Below are positions 37,097 through 46,279 of a DNA stretch of 64,000 nt, piece by piece. Positions within the stretch are counted from its first letter, which is position 1, and each line of letters starts with the position of its first letter. The stretch is taken from positions 32,001 through 96,000 of IMG/VR virus record IMGVR_UViG_3300048687_000113; one strand, 5' to 3'. Origin of the DNA: a virus. The position numbers were made by a program, and so were the translations under genes. Below the pieces are notes generated by a model, which saw nothing but the letters and a program-made list of their open reading frames with translations, did no database searches and had not been told where the DNA came from.

Positions 37097-37936
37097 GTGG
37101 CAACAAACCCCGCGCCCAACGGCCCGACAGAGACCGACCCCGGCACGCCGGCCGGCCCCGCCACCGGCACCGCCGTCACCCCCGAGGGGACGGTCACCGT
37201 CCAGGACCCGCCCAAGCAGCCCGAGCAGCAGTCGCAGGCCGGCCAGGAGTCCCGCTTCACAGCGGCCGACCTGGAGCGTGTCCGCCAGGAGGAGAAGGAC
37301 AAGCTCTACGGCCGCCTCTCCAAGGTGGACGAGCGGTCGGAAGCCCTGGAGGCGGAGCTGAAGGAGCTTCGCGAGGAGCGCCAGGCCCGCGAAGCCGAGG
37401 AGGCCCAGCGCCAGCAGTCCGAGGCGGACGAGGCCAAGCAGAAGGCCGAGGCCGAGATGAGCGCGAAGAAGCTCCTCCAGGAACGCTCTTCGGAGTGGGA
37501 GAAGCGCTTCGAGCAGATCGAGCGGGAGCGGGAGCAGGAGCGGGCAGCGCTCGCGAAGGAGAGCGAGTACAACCGGCTGCGCGCCTACATTCAGGAGCGT
37601 GCCGGCGCGGAGCGCGACAGCATTGCTCCGGAACTTGTGGACCTCATTGCCGGGAACTCTCCGGAAGAGGTCGACGCGTCCATTGAGATGCTCAAGGACA
37701 AGACGCAGGCAATCTTCCAGTCCGTTCAGTCGGCCCAGGAGACTGCGCGTTCGCAGATGCGCGGTGTGGCCGCCACCGGGTACACCGGGAACGGCCCGAC
37801 TGACGGCGACGGCGGCTCTCGTCAGCTTTCTGCGGACGACATCAAGAACATGCCGATGGCCGAGTTTGCGAAGTATCGGAACCAGCTTCTCGGCGCCGCC
37901 GCACAGAAGACGAACAATCGCGGCCTCTTCGACTGA
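37097..37936 (+). CDS. Capsid scaffolding protein
   Basis: Acidic coiled-coil between portal and capsid genes. Confidence 0.8.
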   Translation: MATNPAPNGPTETDPGTPAGPATGTAVTPEGTVTVQDPPKQPEQQSQAGQESRFTAADLERVRQEEKDKLYGRLSKVDERSEALEAELKELREERQAREAEEAQRQQSEADEAKQKAEAEMSAKKLLQERSSEWEKRFEQIEREREQERAALAKESEYNRLRAYIQERAGAERDSIAPELVDLIAGNSPEEVDASIEMLKDKTQAIFQSVQSAQETARSQMRGVAATGYTGNGPTDGDGGSRQLSADDIKNMPMAEFAKYRNQLLGAAAQKTNNRGLFD

Positions 37937-37961
37937 CCGCGTCCACCCTGAAAAGTAGCCA

Positions 37962-38012
37962 TACCGCCTCTCGTTCCCATTCATCTCGGCGGGCCCGTCA
38001 CGGGATGAGAGG
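37962..38012 (+). promoter_or_regulatory. Late-gene leader hairpin sequestering the capsid RBS
   Basis: CCTCTC-GTTCCC...GGGAT-GAGAGG; near copy at 48298-48351. Confidence 0.6.
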
Positions 38013-38018
38013 TACAAC

Positions 38019-39161
38019 GTGGCAAGCGGAATCACCGGTACTCCGGTTCTGTCCCCCACTCCGACCGCCTACCAGGCGGCCAACTCCAGCATGCTCACGC
38101 CGGCCATTCAGCATATCTGGAGCAAAGAAATCCTGTTTCAGGCGATGCCGGTGCTTCGCTTCGAACAATTCATGGTCAAGAAGACCGAGCTTGGTACTGC
38201 TCCCGGCCTTTCGGTGTCGTTTATGCGGTACCGCTCGCTGGACGGAGCGCAGCAGCTCGTCGAGGGCGTCCGCATGGAAACTCATGCGCTTTCCGCCGAG
38301 CAGATCACCATTACCGTGGCGGAGCACGGCTTTGCCATTGCAGTGACGGAACTCCTGCTCAATGCGAGCTTCGACGACGTGATGGCGTCCGGCGCGCGCC
38401 TCCTCGGCCGCAACATGGCCACCTACCTGGACTCGATGTGCCGGGACACGCTGCTCGGGGCTCCGTCGGTTCTGTATGGGTATGACAAGCTCGCGTCGTG
38501 GTCGGCTGGTGCCGCGCGGACGCCGCTGTCGCCGTACGACCGTGGCATGTTTGCAGACAGCGAGGCCACGATGGCTGCAAACGGCGGCTTTCACTTCACG
38601 TCTGCGCTGGTCAAGGACGCAGTCGAGACCCTGGCGACGAAGAACGTGCCCCGATTGGGTGAAACGTACGTTGCATTCGTACATCCTCACCAAAGCCGCC
38701 GGCTCCGCGATGATCCCGAGTTCATCGAGGTGACAAAGTATGCGGCTCCCGGCAACTTTATGCTGGGAGAAATCGGACGTCTGAACGATGTCGTCTTCAT
38801 CGAGACAACTCAGGTCTTCCAGGGCAATACGAACCAGCCGGCGACCCCGCAGCTCGGCACGAACATCGCCCAGGGCGGCGCCCAGAGCTGGGGCGGACAG
38901 CCGGCCCGCAGCGCTTCCGGATCGGCTCCGGCAATTCCTGCCGTGAACGCTCAGCCGTCGAATCCGAGCGCCCCGTCCAACCCGATCTACCGTGCGCTCG
39001 TAATTGGCGACAATGCGGCCGGCCACGCCATTTCCCTCCCTGTCGAACTAAGGGATGGGGGTGTGCTCGATTTCGGCCGCGAGCATGCGCTTGCATGGTA
39101 CAGCATTTGGGGACTCGGGCTGATCACGGACTACGCCGTGGTCCAGTGCGCGACGAACTGA
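38019..39161 (+). CDS. Major capsid protein (N4-gp56-like HK97 fold)
   Basis: WSKEILFQAMP, VAEHG, YVAFVHPHQ, GEIGRLNDVVFIET, DFGREH..AWY. Confidence 0.9.
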   Translation: MASGITGTPVLSPTPTAYQAANSSMLTPAIQHIWSKEILFQAMPVLRFEQFMVKKTELGTAPGLSVSFMRYRSLDGAQQLVEGVRMETHALSAEQITITVAEHGFAIAVTELLLNASFDDVMASGARLLGRNMATYLDSMCRDTLLGAPSVLYGYDKLASWSAGAARTPLSPYDRGMFADSEATMAANGGFHFTSALVKDAVETLATKNVPRLGETYVAFVHPHQSRRLRDDPEFIEVTKYAAPGNFMLGEIGRLNDVVFIETTQVFQGNTNQPATPQLGTNIAQGGAQSWGGQPARSASGSAPAIPAVNAQPSNPSAPSNPIYRALVIGDNAAGHAISLPVELRDGGVLDFGREHALAWYSIWGLGLITDYAVVQCATN

Positions 39162-39239
39162 CCCACCCGCAGAAAAGGGCGGTGGCGTCATTTTCGTCAC
39201 CGCCCCGAATTCAGTATCCGATTCGCTAGGAGAACACTC

Positions 39240-39626
39240 ATGCCCGCCAATCCGCGCACCAAGCGGAACCCGAAGGATCACACCGGGAACAAGAAGGCAG
39301 CCCTCGCCGAGCAGCACGCCGAAGACCTTGCCAAGCGCAAGGACGAACTGGCGATGGACCACCAGGCGCAGAAGGCCGGCTTGGACGAGCCGATCGCCCT
39401 CGACGACAAGGGCCGGACGCTTCAGAACGTGTCCGAGGAAGCGGCCGAGGAAGGCCCGGTCGAGATCCCCCCGGAGACCGTGAATATCCGTATCGCGTGC
39501 GATCTGGAGAAAGTCACGATCGGGCAGGGCACTGCATTCGATTTCAAGGAGGGCCAGGTGTACACCGTGCCGCTTCACGTGGCTCAGCACCTGGACCGCC
39601 TCGGCTACGTGTGGCAGTGGCTCTGA
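39240..39626 (+). CDS. Hypothetical head-associated protein
   Basis: AGGAG RBS; FKEGQVYTVP.HVA.HL..LGYV. Confidence 0.7.
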   Translation: MPANPRTKRNPKDHTGNKKAALAEQHAEDLAKRKDELAMDHQAQKAGLDEPIALDDKGRTLQNVSEEAAEEGPVEIPPETVNIRIACDLEKVTIGQGTAFDFKEGQVYTVPLHVAQHLDRLGYVWQWL

Positions 39627-39643
39627 CGGAAGGGAAGTGCCCG

Positions 39644-40021
39644 ATGGAGGCGCCCACGAGTCTCAAGGACTCCGGCATTGCCCCTGAGAAGGGCAACTGG
39701 TACGCCCTGCTTTCCGACCACGGCGACGGCGTCGGGATGCTCACGCGCTCCTACCACTACACGAGCCCGAGCGGCGAGGAGTACCCGGACAGTGTCCGGC
39801 AGCTCTACGTCCTGGAGGTCGTCGAGCCGGCGACGTACGGCGTCGGCTACAGCACCGAGGATTCGGTGCTGTGCATGTGGCTGGCCTCTCCGACCCCGGG
39901 ACGGATCGCGGTCCACCATCTGTCGCTCCCCGTCAGCCAGTTCACCGAGCTGGTCACCGAGGGCGCTGAGCCACCCGAGTACGAAGACCTCCGGGTGCAA
40001 CAGGCCGGCGGTGACCTCTGA
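39644..40021 (+). CDS. Hypothetical virion protein
   Basis: RBS, operon coupling. Confidence 0.65.
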   Translation: MEAPTSLKDSGIAPEKGNWYALLSDHGDGVGMLTRSYHYTSPSGEEYPDSVRQLYVLEVVEPATYGVGYSTEDSVLCMWLASPTPGRIAVHHLSLPVSQFTELVTEGAEPPEYEDLRVQQAGGDL

Positions 40022-40512
40022 TGGCGGCCAACGGGTTCATCGCCGTCCAGGGCGCCGTGTCTGCACTGGACCACCTCGCGGGGCGTTCCACGGCGCTGGA
40101 GGCAGAGTGGCTGGCCAAAACGCAGGCCGGTGATCCGCTGCCCCGGGCCACGTACCTGATGCTCCTGACCCAGGTCGTGACCGATGCCCAGACGGACATG
40201 ACGACGCTGGTCGGCGCCGAGGCCGCCGGCACCGGCTACGCGCGCCAGCCCGTCCCCTGGCTGGCCGCCGCGACCGGTACCAGGACCGCGACGACCTCAG
40301 ACTTGGTGCAGTTCGGCCCGTTTTCCGACCCGACGGGGCTCGCGGCCCCGGTCACGGGTGCGGCCCTGGTGACCCGGATGACGTCCTCGGCGGGGCAGCC
40401 CTCCGGGCTGTGCCTGATGGCCTGGAACCTCGCGACGGCGATTACCACCAGCCAGAACCAGGCGTTGCAGTTGGCCGCCGGCAGTCTCCAGATGACGTTG
40501 GCGGTGACCTGA
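40021..40512 (+). CDS. Virion structural protein (GYARQ-type)
   Basis: YLMLLT...E..GTGYARQPV.W. Confidence 0.65.
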   Translation: MAANGFIAVQGAVSALDHLAGRSTALEAEWLAKTQAGDPLPRATYLMLLTQVVTDAQTDMTTLVGAEAAGTGYARQPVPWLAAATGTRTATTSDLVQFGPFSDPTGLAAPVTGAALVTRMTSSAGQPSGLCLMAWNLATAITTSQNQALQLAAGSLQMTLAVT

Positions 40513-40555
40513 TGCGCTAGCACCGGCAACGACACCCAGCAAGATCACTTAGCTA

Positions 40556-40606
40556 GCCAGCACTCATTCCCACTCGGTTCCGCTGGCGGGACCGGAGGCG
40601 GGAATG
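40556..40606 (+). promoter_or_regulatory. Late-gene leader motif/hairpin covering RBS and ATG
   Basis: GCCAGCACTCATTCCCACTCGGTTCCGCTGG; related copies at 52907 and 57274. Confidence 0.65.
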
Positions 40607-41446
40607 GCTGCTCCAGCGGACATCGTCCGCAGGATTCGATCCGAGATCGGGGACCTTGAGTCACCCTTCCTCGACACGTACCTCGGCGCGGACGAGCTGT
40701 CGTCATACGACCTCTCCGAGACCGGCGTCTCCGAGGTCACCGCGAGGGTCACGACAGTGGACCCGCCGGCCACCGTCGACCTGGTCCCCGACGTCGACTA
40801 CGTCCTGGACTCCGCCCAGGGACGCATCGTCCTGATCAACCCGGACTACTCGCCCCTGCACCACGGCCAGACCCTGATCGTGCGGGGGACGGCCGAGGGC
40901 CTGTTCACCGACGCCGACCTCCAGACCTATATCGGCGACGCGGTCGAGCAGCACGCATACGGCCGGAGCCTGACGACCCGCTACCGGGACGCCCACGGCT
41001 TCATCCGCTATGACCACGCCCCCATCACCCTGGAAAACCTGCCGGCCGTCGAGGAGCCGCTGGTCGCCTACCTCGCGGCCATCAACTGCCTGTGGACGCT
41101 CGCCACCGACGCGGCCACCGACATCGACATCTCCACGGCCGAGGGCACCTTCGTTCCCCGCACCCAGCGCTACCGGCAGCTCATGCAGCACATCGGGGAC
41201 GCCACCACCGGACTCCAGGGCCGCTACAACACCCTCGCCCAGCAGCTCAACGTGGGCCTCGGCCGGATCGAAATGTTCACCGCCCGCCGGGTCTCGCGCA
41301 CCACCAACCGGCTCGTGCCCGTCTTCAAGGAGCGCGAGTACGACGACTCCTCGAAGCCCCAGCGGCTGCTCCCGCCGATCGACGGTGACGCGTACGACGA
41401 CGAGTCGGGCGTGCCCTCCCCCGCCTACCCGGGCCTGTGGGGGTGA
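40604..41446 (+). CDS. Putative head-tail adaptor / neck protein
   Basis: VRRIRSEIGD, FTDADL; position. Confidence 0.6.
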   Translation: MAAPADIVRRIRSEIGDLESPFLDTYLGADELSSYDLSETGVSEVTARVTTVDPPATVDLVPDVDYVLDSAQGRIVLINPDYSPLHHGQTLIVRGTAEGLFTDADLQTYIGDAVEQHAYGRSLTTRYRDAHGFIRYDHAPITLENLPAVEEPLVAYLAAINCLWTLATDAATDIDISTAEGTFVPRTQRYRQLMQHIGDATTGLQGRYNTLAQQLNVGLGRIEMFTARRVSRTTNRLVPVFKEREYDDSSKPQRLLPPIDGDAYDDESGVPSPAYPGLWG

Positions 41447-41452
41447 GCGGCA

Positions 41453-42046
41453 GTGCGTGGACGACTTGACTGGAAGCGGGGCCGGTGGAACATCAACGCG
41501 GAGACGACGCTGATCCACCGGGGCCTGCGCGGGTGGCAGCGCGCCACCGGCGACTCCTTCACGTACTTCCGCTGGCAGTACGACGAGTCGGAAATGCACC
41601 CCGTCTACGACGAGGCCACCGGCTCAGGAAAGCACTTCTACGGCCGCTTCCAGCTCCCCGCGCTGCACGTGAACCACACCGAGGCGGCAAATACGGAGCC
41701 GCGTGACAGTGGCCTGTACATCGTCGACTCGCTGCACGTCACGGCCGAGTTCGACCAGCTCGCCAAGACCGGTCTGCGGGACATCAACATCCGGCACGGC
41801 GCCTACCAGCGCGACCGCATCGCCTACGACAACTTGCTCTTCGCGGTGAAGCACGTCGACATCCGGGGGCAGATCCGCCGCCGGGACATCCTCGTCACGA
41901 TCGACGCCGAGCAGCTCCGCGACGACGAGCTGGTCAACGACCCGACGTTCGCCGCGTATCTGCGGGACTTCAGCCGCAACCCCGATCCGGTGCAGCCGAA
42001 GCCTTCTCCCACACCACTGGAGGGCGGCGATGATCCCTACGCCTGA
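41453..42046 (+). CDS. Putative head-tail stopper / neck protein
   Basis: Position; DRIAYDN. Confidence 0.55.
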   Translation: MRGRLDWKRGRWNINAETTLIHRGLRGWQRATGDSFTYFRWQYDESEMHPVYDEATGSGKHFYGRFQLPALHVNHTEAANTEPRDSGLYIVDSLHVTAEFDQLAKTGLRDINIRHGAYQRDRIAYDNLLFAVKHVDIRGQIRRRDILVTIDAEQLRDDELVNDPTFAAYLRDFSRNPDPVQPKPSPTPLEGGDDPYA

Positions 42047-42713
42047 GATTGCCATGCCCGCGCTGCCCTCCGGGGTGCCCCTGGTGCGTCTGACCGGCCG
42101 CTTCATCGCGCCGGACGGAACGCCGCTGACCGGCAAGCTCACGTTCGCACCGCCGATGGTGATCACCCTGCCGGGCGCCGACACCATCTCTCCCATCCCC
42201 GCCACCGTGGAGATCGGCAAGGAGGACCAGGGGAGCTTCGCGGTGAACCTGATCGCCAGCGACGCCCCGGGAATGTCGCCGAGCGGCTGGACGTACCGGG
42301 TTACCGAGAAGATCACGGGCGCGCAGATGCGCGAGTACCACATCCTGCTGCCCTGGCGGGAGGACAGCGCGTCCGTCGACCTCGCCGACCTGGCGCCCGC
42401 CTCGCCCTACACCGGCCGTTACCTGCCCGTCGTCGGAGCCACCGGACCCCAGGGTCCACAGGGCATTCCCGGGGAGGTCCAGCACACCGAGCTTCAGGCC
42501 CTGGAGGAACGCGTCGCGCCGCGACCGGTGTCGTGGACACAGACCGTGGCGAGCACTGAATGGAACATCACCCACGCCTTCCCGTACCGGCCCGGGGTGC
42601 GCACGTACGACAACAGCGGCCGGGAGATCGGCGGCCTTGTCTCCCACCTCACCGACACCAGCGTGACCGTCCAGTTCGCCCATGCGGAGACCGGATCGGC
42701 GATTTTGAGCTAG
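42030..42713 (+). CDS. Virion protein with short collagen-like repeat
   Basis: GATGPQGPQGIPGE; W.ITH.F...P.V. Confidence 0.7.
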   Translation: MIPTPEIAMPALPSGVPLVRLTGRFIAPDGTPLTGKLTFAPPMVITLPGADTISPIPATVEIGKEDQGSFAVNLIASDAPGMSPSGWTYRVTEKITGAQMREYHILLPWREDSASVDLADLAPASPYTGRYLPVVGATGPQGPQGIPGEVQHTELQALEERVAPRPVSWTQTVASTEWNITHAFPYRPGVRTYDNSGREIGGLVSHLTDTSVTVQFAHAETGSAILS

Positions 42714-42723
42714 GAGCCTTTTT

Positions 42724-43836
42724 ATGGCAGTGACCGATTTCCGTGAGTCCCTCCGGCTGAATTCTCTGCCCGTGCACGGGCTGGTGCCGGAGACGTCCTC
42801 CGCCCCGCCGGCCACGCCGGTGGAGGGCCAACTGTGGGCCGATTCCGTCAACCATGTCGTGAAGTTCTGGAACCTGACGACGTGGAAGAACGCGCTCGAC
42901 CGCAGTGACCACACCGGCGCGCAGCCGGCCGCCACGATCTCCGATCTCGCCGCCACGGTGAAGGGCTACCGGCTCGACGAATTCACGGCCCCGACCGCTG
43001 CGGTTTCGCTGAACGGGCAACGGGCCACCAACGGCGCCGACCCGGTGGCCGCGACCGACCTGGCCACACGGCAGTACGTGGACAACGCCCGCGCGGGCAT
43101 CGCCGGGGTGAAGGACCCCGTACGAGCAGTCGCCACTACGAACATCAACCTGGCCTCGCTGCCCGCCACCATCGGCGGCGTCACCATGGCCAGCGGCGAC
43201 GGCTTCCTGGCGGCGGGGCAGACGACCGGCACCCAGAACGGCATCTACGTCTACGGCTCGTCCGGCGGCTCTGCCACCCGCCGTTCGGACGCCGACCTCC
43301 TCGGGGACATCCGCGACGGCACGATGGTGGCAGTGGCCGAGGGCACGGACGCCGGCACCCAGTACATCCAGACCGCCACTGCCTCCGGTGCTCCGGGTGC
43401 CTGGACGCAGACGTGGGTCAAATTCAGCACCGGCGGTCAGACCTACACCGCCGACGGCCAGGGCCTGGAGCTGTCCTCCACGACGTTCTCCCTGGAGCTG
43501 GCCGACGCCACCCTCTCGAAGTCGGCGGCCGGTCTCACCATCGGCATGGTGCCCATCTCCAAGGGCGGCACAGGTGCGACGACGGCCGCAGGAGCACGCA
43601 GTGCTCTGAGCGCGGTGGGCAAGTACGCGGCCAATGTGCCTGCCATTACCGGCGGGACGCCCCTTCAGATCACGCACGGGCTCAACACGATGGACGTCCA
43701 GGAGCCGACACTGCGCGAGATAGCCACCGGTGAACTCGTGGGCGTAAAGCCCGTCGTGGTCGACGCCAACACCATCTCAATCACCACGGCATCGTCGTAT
43801 CCCGCCGGCACCTTCTCGATTGTGGTGATCGGCTGA
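42724..43836 (+). CDS. Tail/collar fibre-like protein
   Basis: DLATRQYVD, VRAVATTNI, QTTGTQNGIY, KGGTGATTAAGAR, ITHGLNT. Confidence 0.75.
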   Translation: MAVTDFRESLRLNSLPVHGLVPETSSAPPATPVEGQLWADSVNHVVKFWNLTTWKNALDRSDHTGAQPAATISDLAATVKGYRLDEFTAPTAAVSLNGQRATNGADPVAATDLATRQYVDNARAGIAGVKDPVRAVATTNINLASLPATIGGVTMASGDGFLAAGQTTGTQNGIYVYGSSGGSATRRSDADLLGDIRDGTMVAVAEGTDAGTQYIQTATASGAPGAWTQTWVKFSTGGQTYTADGQGLELSSTTFSLELADATLSKSAAGLTIGMVPISKGGTGATTAAGARSALSAVGKYAANVPAITGGTPLQITHGLNTMDVQEPTLREIATGELVGVKPVVVDANTISITTASSYPAGTFSIVVIG

Positions 43837-44045
43837 TGGCCGGCCGTCAACTCGCCTCGCAGACAGTGCCCACCACCGGCGGCAACGTGCTCACCACCGA
43901 CAAGGTCGGCGCAGTCTCGGGGGTCGCCGGCCTCGACACCGGCGGCAAGGTCCCCCAGAGTCAGCTCCCCACCCCGAAGATCACCGTCGGCACCACGGCG
44001 CCCGTGTCCCCCGCTGTCGGGGACGTGTGGATCGACACGAACTGA
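43836..44045 (+). CDS. Small fibre-associated protein
   Basis: GVAGLDTGGKVP; GTTAP.SP.VGDVWID. Confidence 0.7.
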   Translation: MAGRQLASQTVPTTGGNVLTTDKVGAVSGVAGLDTGGKVPQSQLPTPKITVGTTAPVSPAVGDVWIDTN

Positions 44046-44782
44046 TGGCACGGCTCGTCACATGCGGGTTCGAAGCGAAGTCGGCCTCGGAGTGGGGCGG
44101 TACCGAGGGCACCGCCCCCGTCTTCTCGACGACGGTGAAGAACAGCGGCACCGCGTCGGCCCGCTTCCAGAACACGACCGCGTCGGCCCGCTCGATCCGC
44201 TTCGCTGCCTACGCGGACGACGAAACAGGCAAGCTGAAAAACGTCTTCATCCGCGCCTACGTCCGGCTGGACACGGCGCCGGCCGCGCAGACCGCGATCC
44301 TCGCGTGGGATGACACGACCGGGATCGGGACAGCGTCCTTCTACGGCATCAAGATCAACACGAACCGGACGCTGATCTGCACCTCGTCCACCGGGACTAC
44401 CGGGACCGCGTCGGCCGCGCTGACGCTCGGTACCTGGTACCGGCTGGAGATGAACTACAACGAGGTGGCGAAGCAGGCGACGCCGTACCTCAATGGCACT
44501 GCGTGGGCGTCGCCGATTTCCGCTGACCTGGGTGGTGGCCACTGGGCGCGCTTCGGGATTATCAACTCCACCACGGCCGACATCTATTTCGACGATATCG
44601 CGGTCAATGACTCCACGGGGACTATCGACAACGGTTTGCCCGGGGCGATCAGTACTTCCACCGGAGTCCCGGCGAAAGTGTGGACAGGCAGTGCCTGGGC
44701 CACGAAGCCGGTCAAGGTGTGGACGGGCAGTGCCTGGGCCCCGAAAACGGTGCGGGTACGCACGTCCACAGCCTGGCGATAG
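44045..44782 (+). CDS. Beta-sandwich (LamG-like) virion protein with KVWTGSAW repeats
   Basis: GTWYRLEM, YFDDIAVND; C-terminal KVWTGSAW x2. Confidence 0.65.
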   Translation: MARLVTCGFEAKSASEWGGTEGTAPVFSTTVKNSGTASARFQNTTASARSIRFAAYADDETGKLKNVFIRAYVRLDTAPAAQTAILAWDDTTGIGTASFYGIKINTNRTLICTSSTGTTGTASAALTLGTWYRLEMNYNEVAKQATPYLNGTAWASPISADLGGGHWARFGIINSTTADIYFDDIAVNDSTGTIDNGLPGAISTSTGVPAKVWTGSAWATKPVKVWTGSAWAPKTVRVRTSTAWR

Positions 44783-44861
44783 CGGACGGAATTATCAGGC
44801 GGTGAAAAAGGCGTGCCACGCTCACATTCCACCTCTTGCCGTTCCTAGCCGAGGAGTTTTC

Positions 44862-45125
44862 ATGGCTCGCTACGTTGCTGTCAGCATCTACGACTACGAC
44901 AAGCTGATCAAGGACGGGCCGTTCGAGATCAACGACCCGTCCGAGCAGATCGTCGAGGAGGGGCAGCGCCTCATGCTGGAGGAAGTGGCCCTGGCCGCCG
45001 GCTACCACTACGCCGAGGGCGCCGCCTTCTCCGAGGCCGAGGGGCATGACCACGGAAAGCACCGTGGGCACGAGAAGCGCGACGGCGACAAGCACGGAAA
45101 CCGCAAGCGCGACCACGACAAGTAG
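44862..45125 (+). CDS. Small protein with His/charged C-terminus
   Basis: GAGGAG RBS. Confidence 0.6.
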   Translation: MARYVAVSIYDYDKLIKDGPFEINDPSEQIVEEGQRLMLEEVALAAGYHYAEGAAFSEAEGHDHGKHRGHEKRDGDKHGNRKRDHDK

Positions 45126-45156
45126 TTCCCGCATCTGCGCGAGAAGGGAGCGGGCT

Positions 45157-45237
45157 ATGTCCGTGGGGCAGATCGTCGGCCTGGTAGTCGTCGTCCTCCT
45201 GGTGATCGTCGTCCTGAAGATCATCGGCACATTCTGA
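45157..45237 (+). CDS. 26-aa single-TM peptide
   Basis: AAGGGAG RBS; MSVGQIVGLVVVVLLVIVVLKIIGTF. Confidence 0.55.
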   Translation: MSVGQIVGLVVVVLLVIVVLKIIGTF

Positions 45238-45328
45238 CCTGCACACGAACTGGCAGCCATTAACCGCTGCCAAATAGCCGGAAGCATTCTGGTGGGGCGA
45301 TCCACATACGCCCATACCGGAGAGTTCC

Positions 45329-46279
45329 GTGCCGTTTCTTCTGAACGAAGACCGGGCCCTGAAGCAGAAGTTCCAGGGCCTGATGGTGCATGACTCGACC
45401 TCCGGTATGGGTCGCAAGGTAACCGTCCGCTACAAAAACCCCGAGTACGAGCTGGCCGACGCTACGTACCCGATGACGCTGATATCCCACACGCGCATTT
45501 CGCGTGACCCGGAGCGGGAAAGCCGGGGCTTCGTCAATCTGCACTACGCGCCCGAGGGCTACGAGCCCTGGGCGGACATGACGGACCCGAGCCAGTCGCC
45601 GTACATGTCACAGATGCCCATTCCGCTGAATGTGGACTACCAGATTGACGTCTTCGCACGCAAAGAGCTGCACATCATCGAGCTGACCGGCAGCATGATG
45701 CAGTTCGACGTCCTCCCCCAGCGATTCGGCTACCTGCCGATCGGCGAGGACGGAACTGTGCGGCGTCTCGACCTCCTCGGTGGGCCGGACTACACCGAGA
45801 CCAAGGACGAGCAGGGAAAGCGCCTCTTCTGTGCCTCCTGGGCGATCCGGGTTTCGAGTGAGATTTTCCCCGACGAGATCCGCGACCTCACGCCGGTACA
45901 GCGCGTCCTTATCGATCTTCTCGACAAGCAGGCGTGGGACGAGGGCGTAAAACGCCCCTGGGAGCCCCCGCACGAGGTCACCAAGACCCGCCTGTCGATC
46001 ACTCCCGAGGTGCTGCCGGCCGCAACCGCAGACCAGACCTACCGGCAGGCGCTGACCAGCACGGGCGGCCACGGCGACATCCGCTGGTCCCTGCCCGAGG
46101 GCTCCCGCCTGCCCACCGGCCTCGCGCTCTCCCACAAGGGCGTCGTCTTCGGCACGCCCACGGCCCCCACGAGTTCGCCGGCCCGGTTCACGGTCTCCGC
46201 CCGCGACTCCGACCTCGTCCCGCAGGTCACCTCGGCCCCTTTGACGCTCACCGTCTCGCCCGCACCCCCTGGGAGCTGA
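45329..46279 (+). CDS. Tail terminator/completion-like protein with C-terminal Ig (He_PIG-like) domain
   Basis: Position before sheath; LPAAT..Y...L..TGG....W....LPTGL.L...G...GTPT. Confidence 0.65.
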   Translation: MPFLLNEDRALKQKFQGLMVHDSTSGMGRKVTVRYKNPEYELADATYPMTLISHTRISRDPERESRGFVNLHYAPEGYEPWADMTDPSQSPYMSQMPIPLNVDYQIDVFARKELHIIELTGSMMQFDVLPQRFGYLPIGEDGTVRRLDLLGGPDYTETKDEQGKRLFCASWAIRVSSEIFPDEIRDLTPVQRVLIDLLDKQAWDEGVKRPWEPPHEVTKTRLSITPEVLPAATADQTYRQALTSTGGHGDIRWSLPEGSRLPTGLALSHKGVVFGTPTAPTSSPARFTVSARDSDLVPQVTSAPLTLTVSPAPPGS

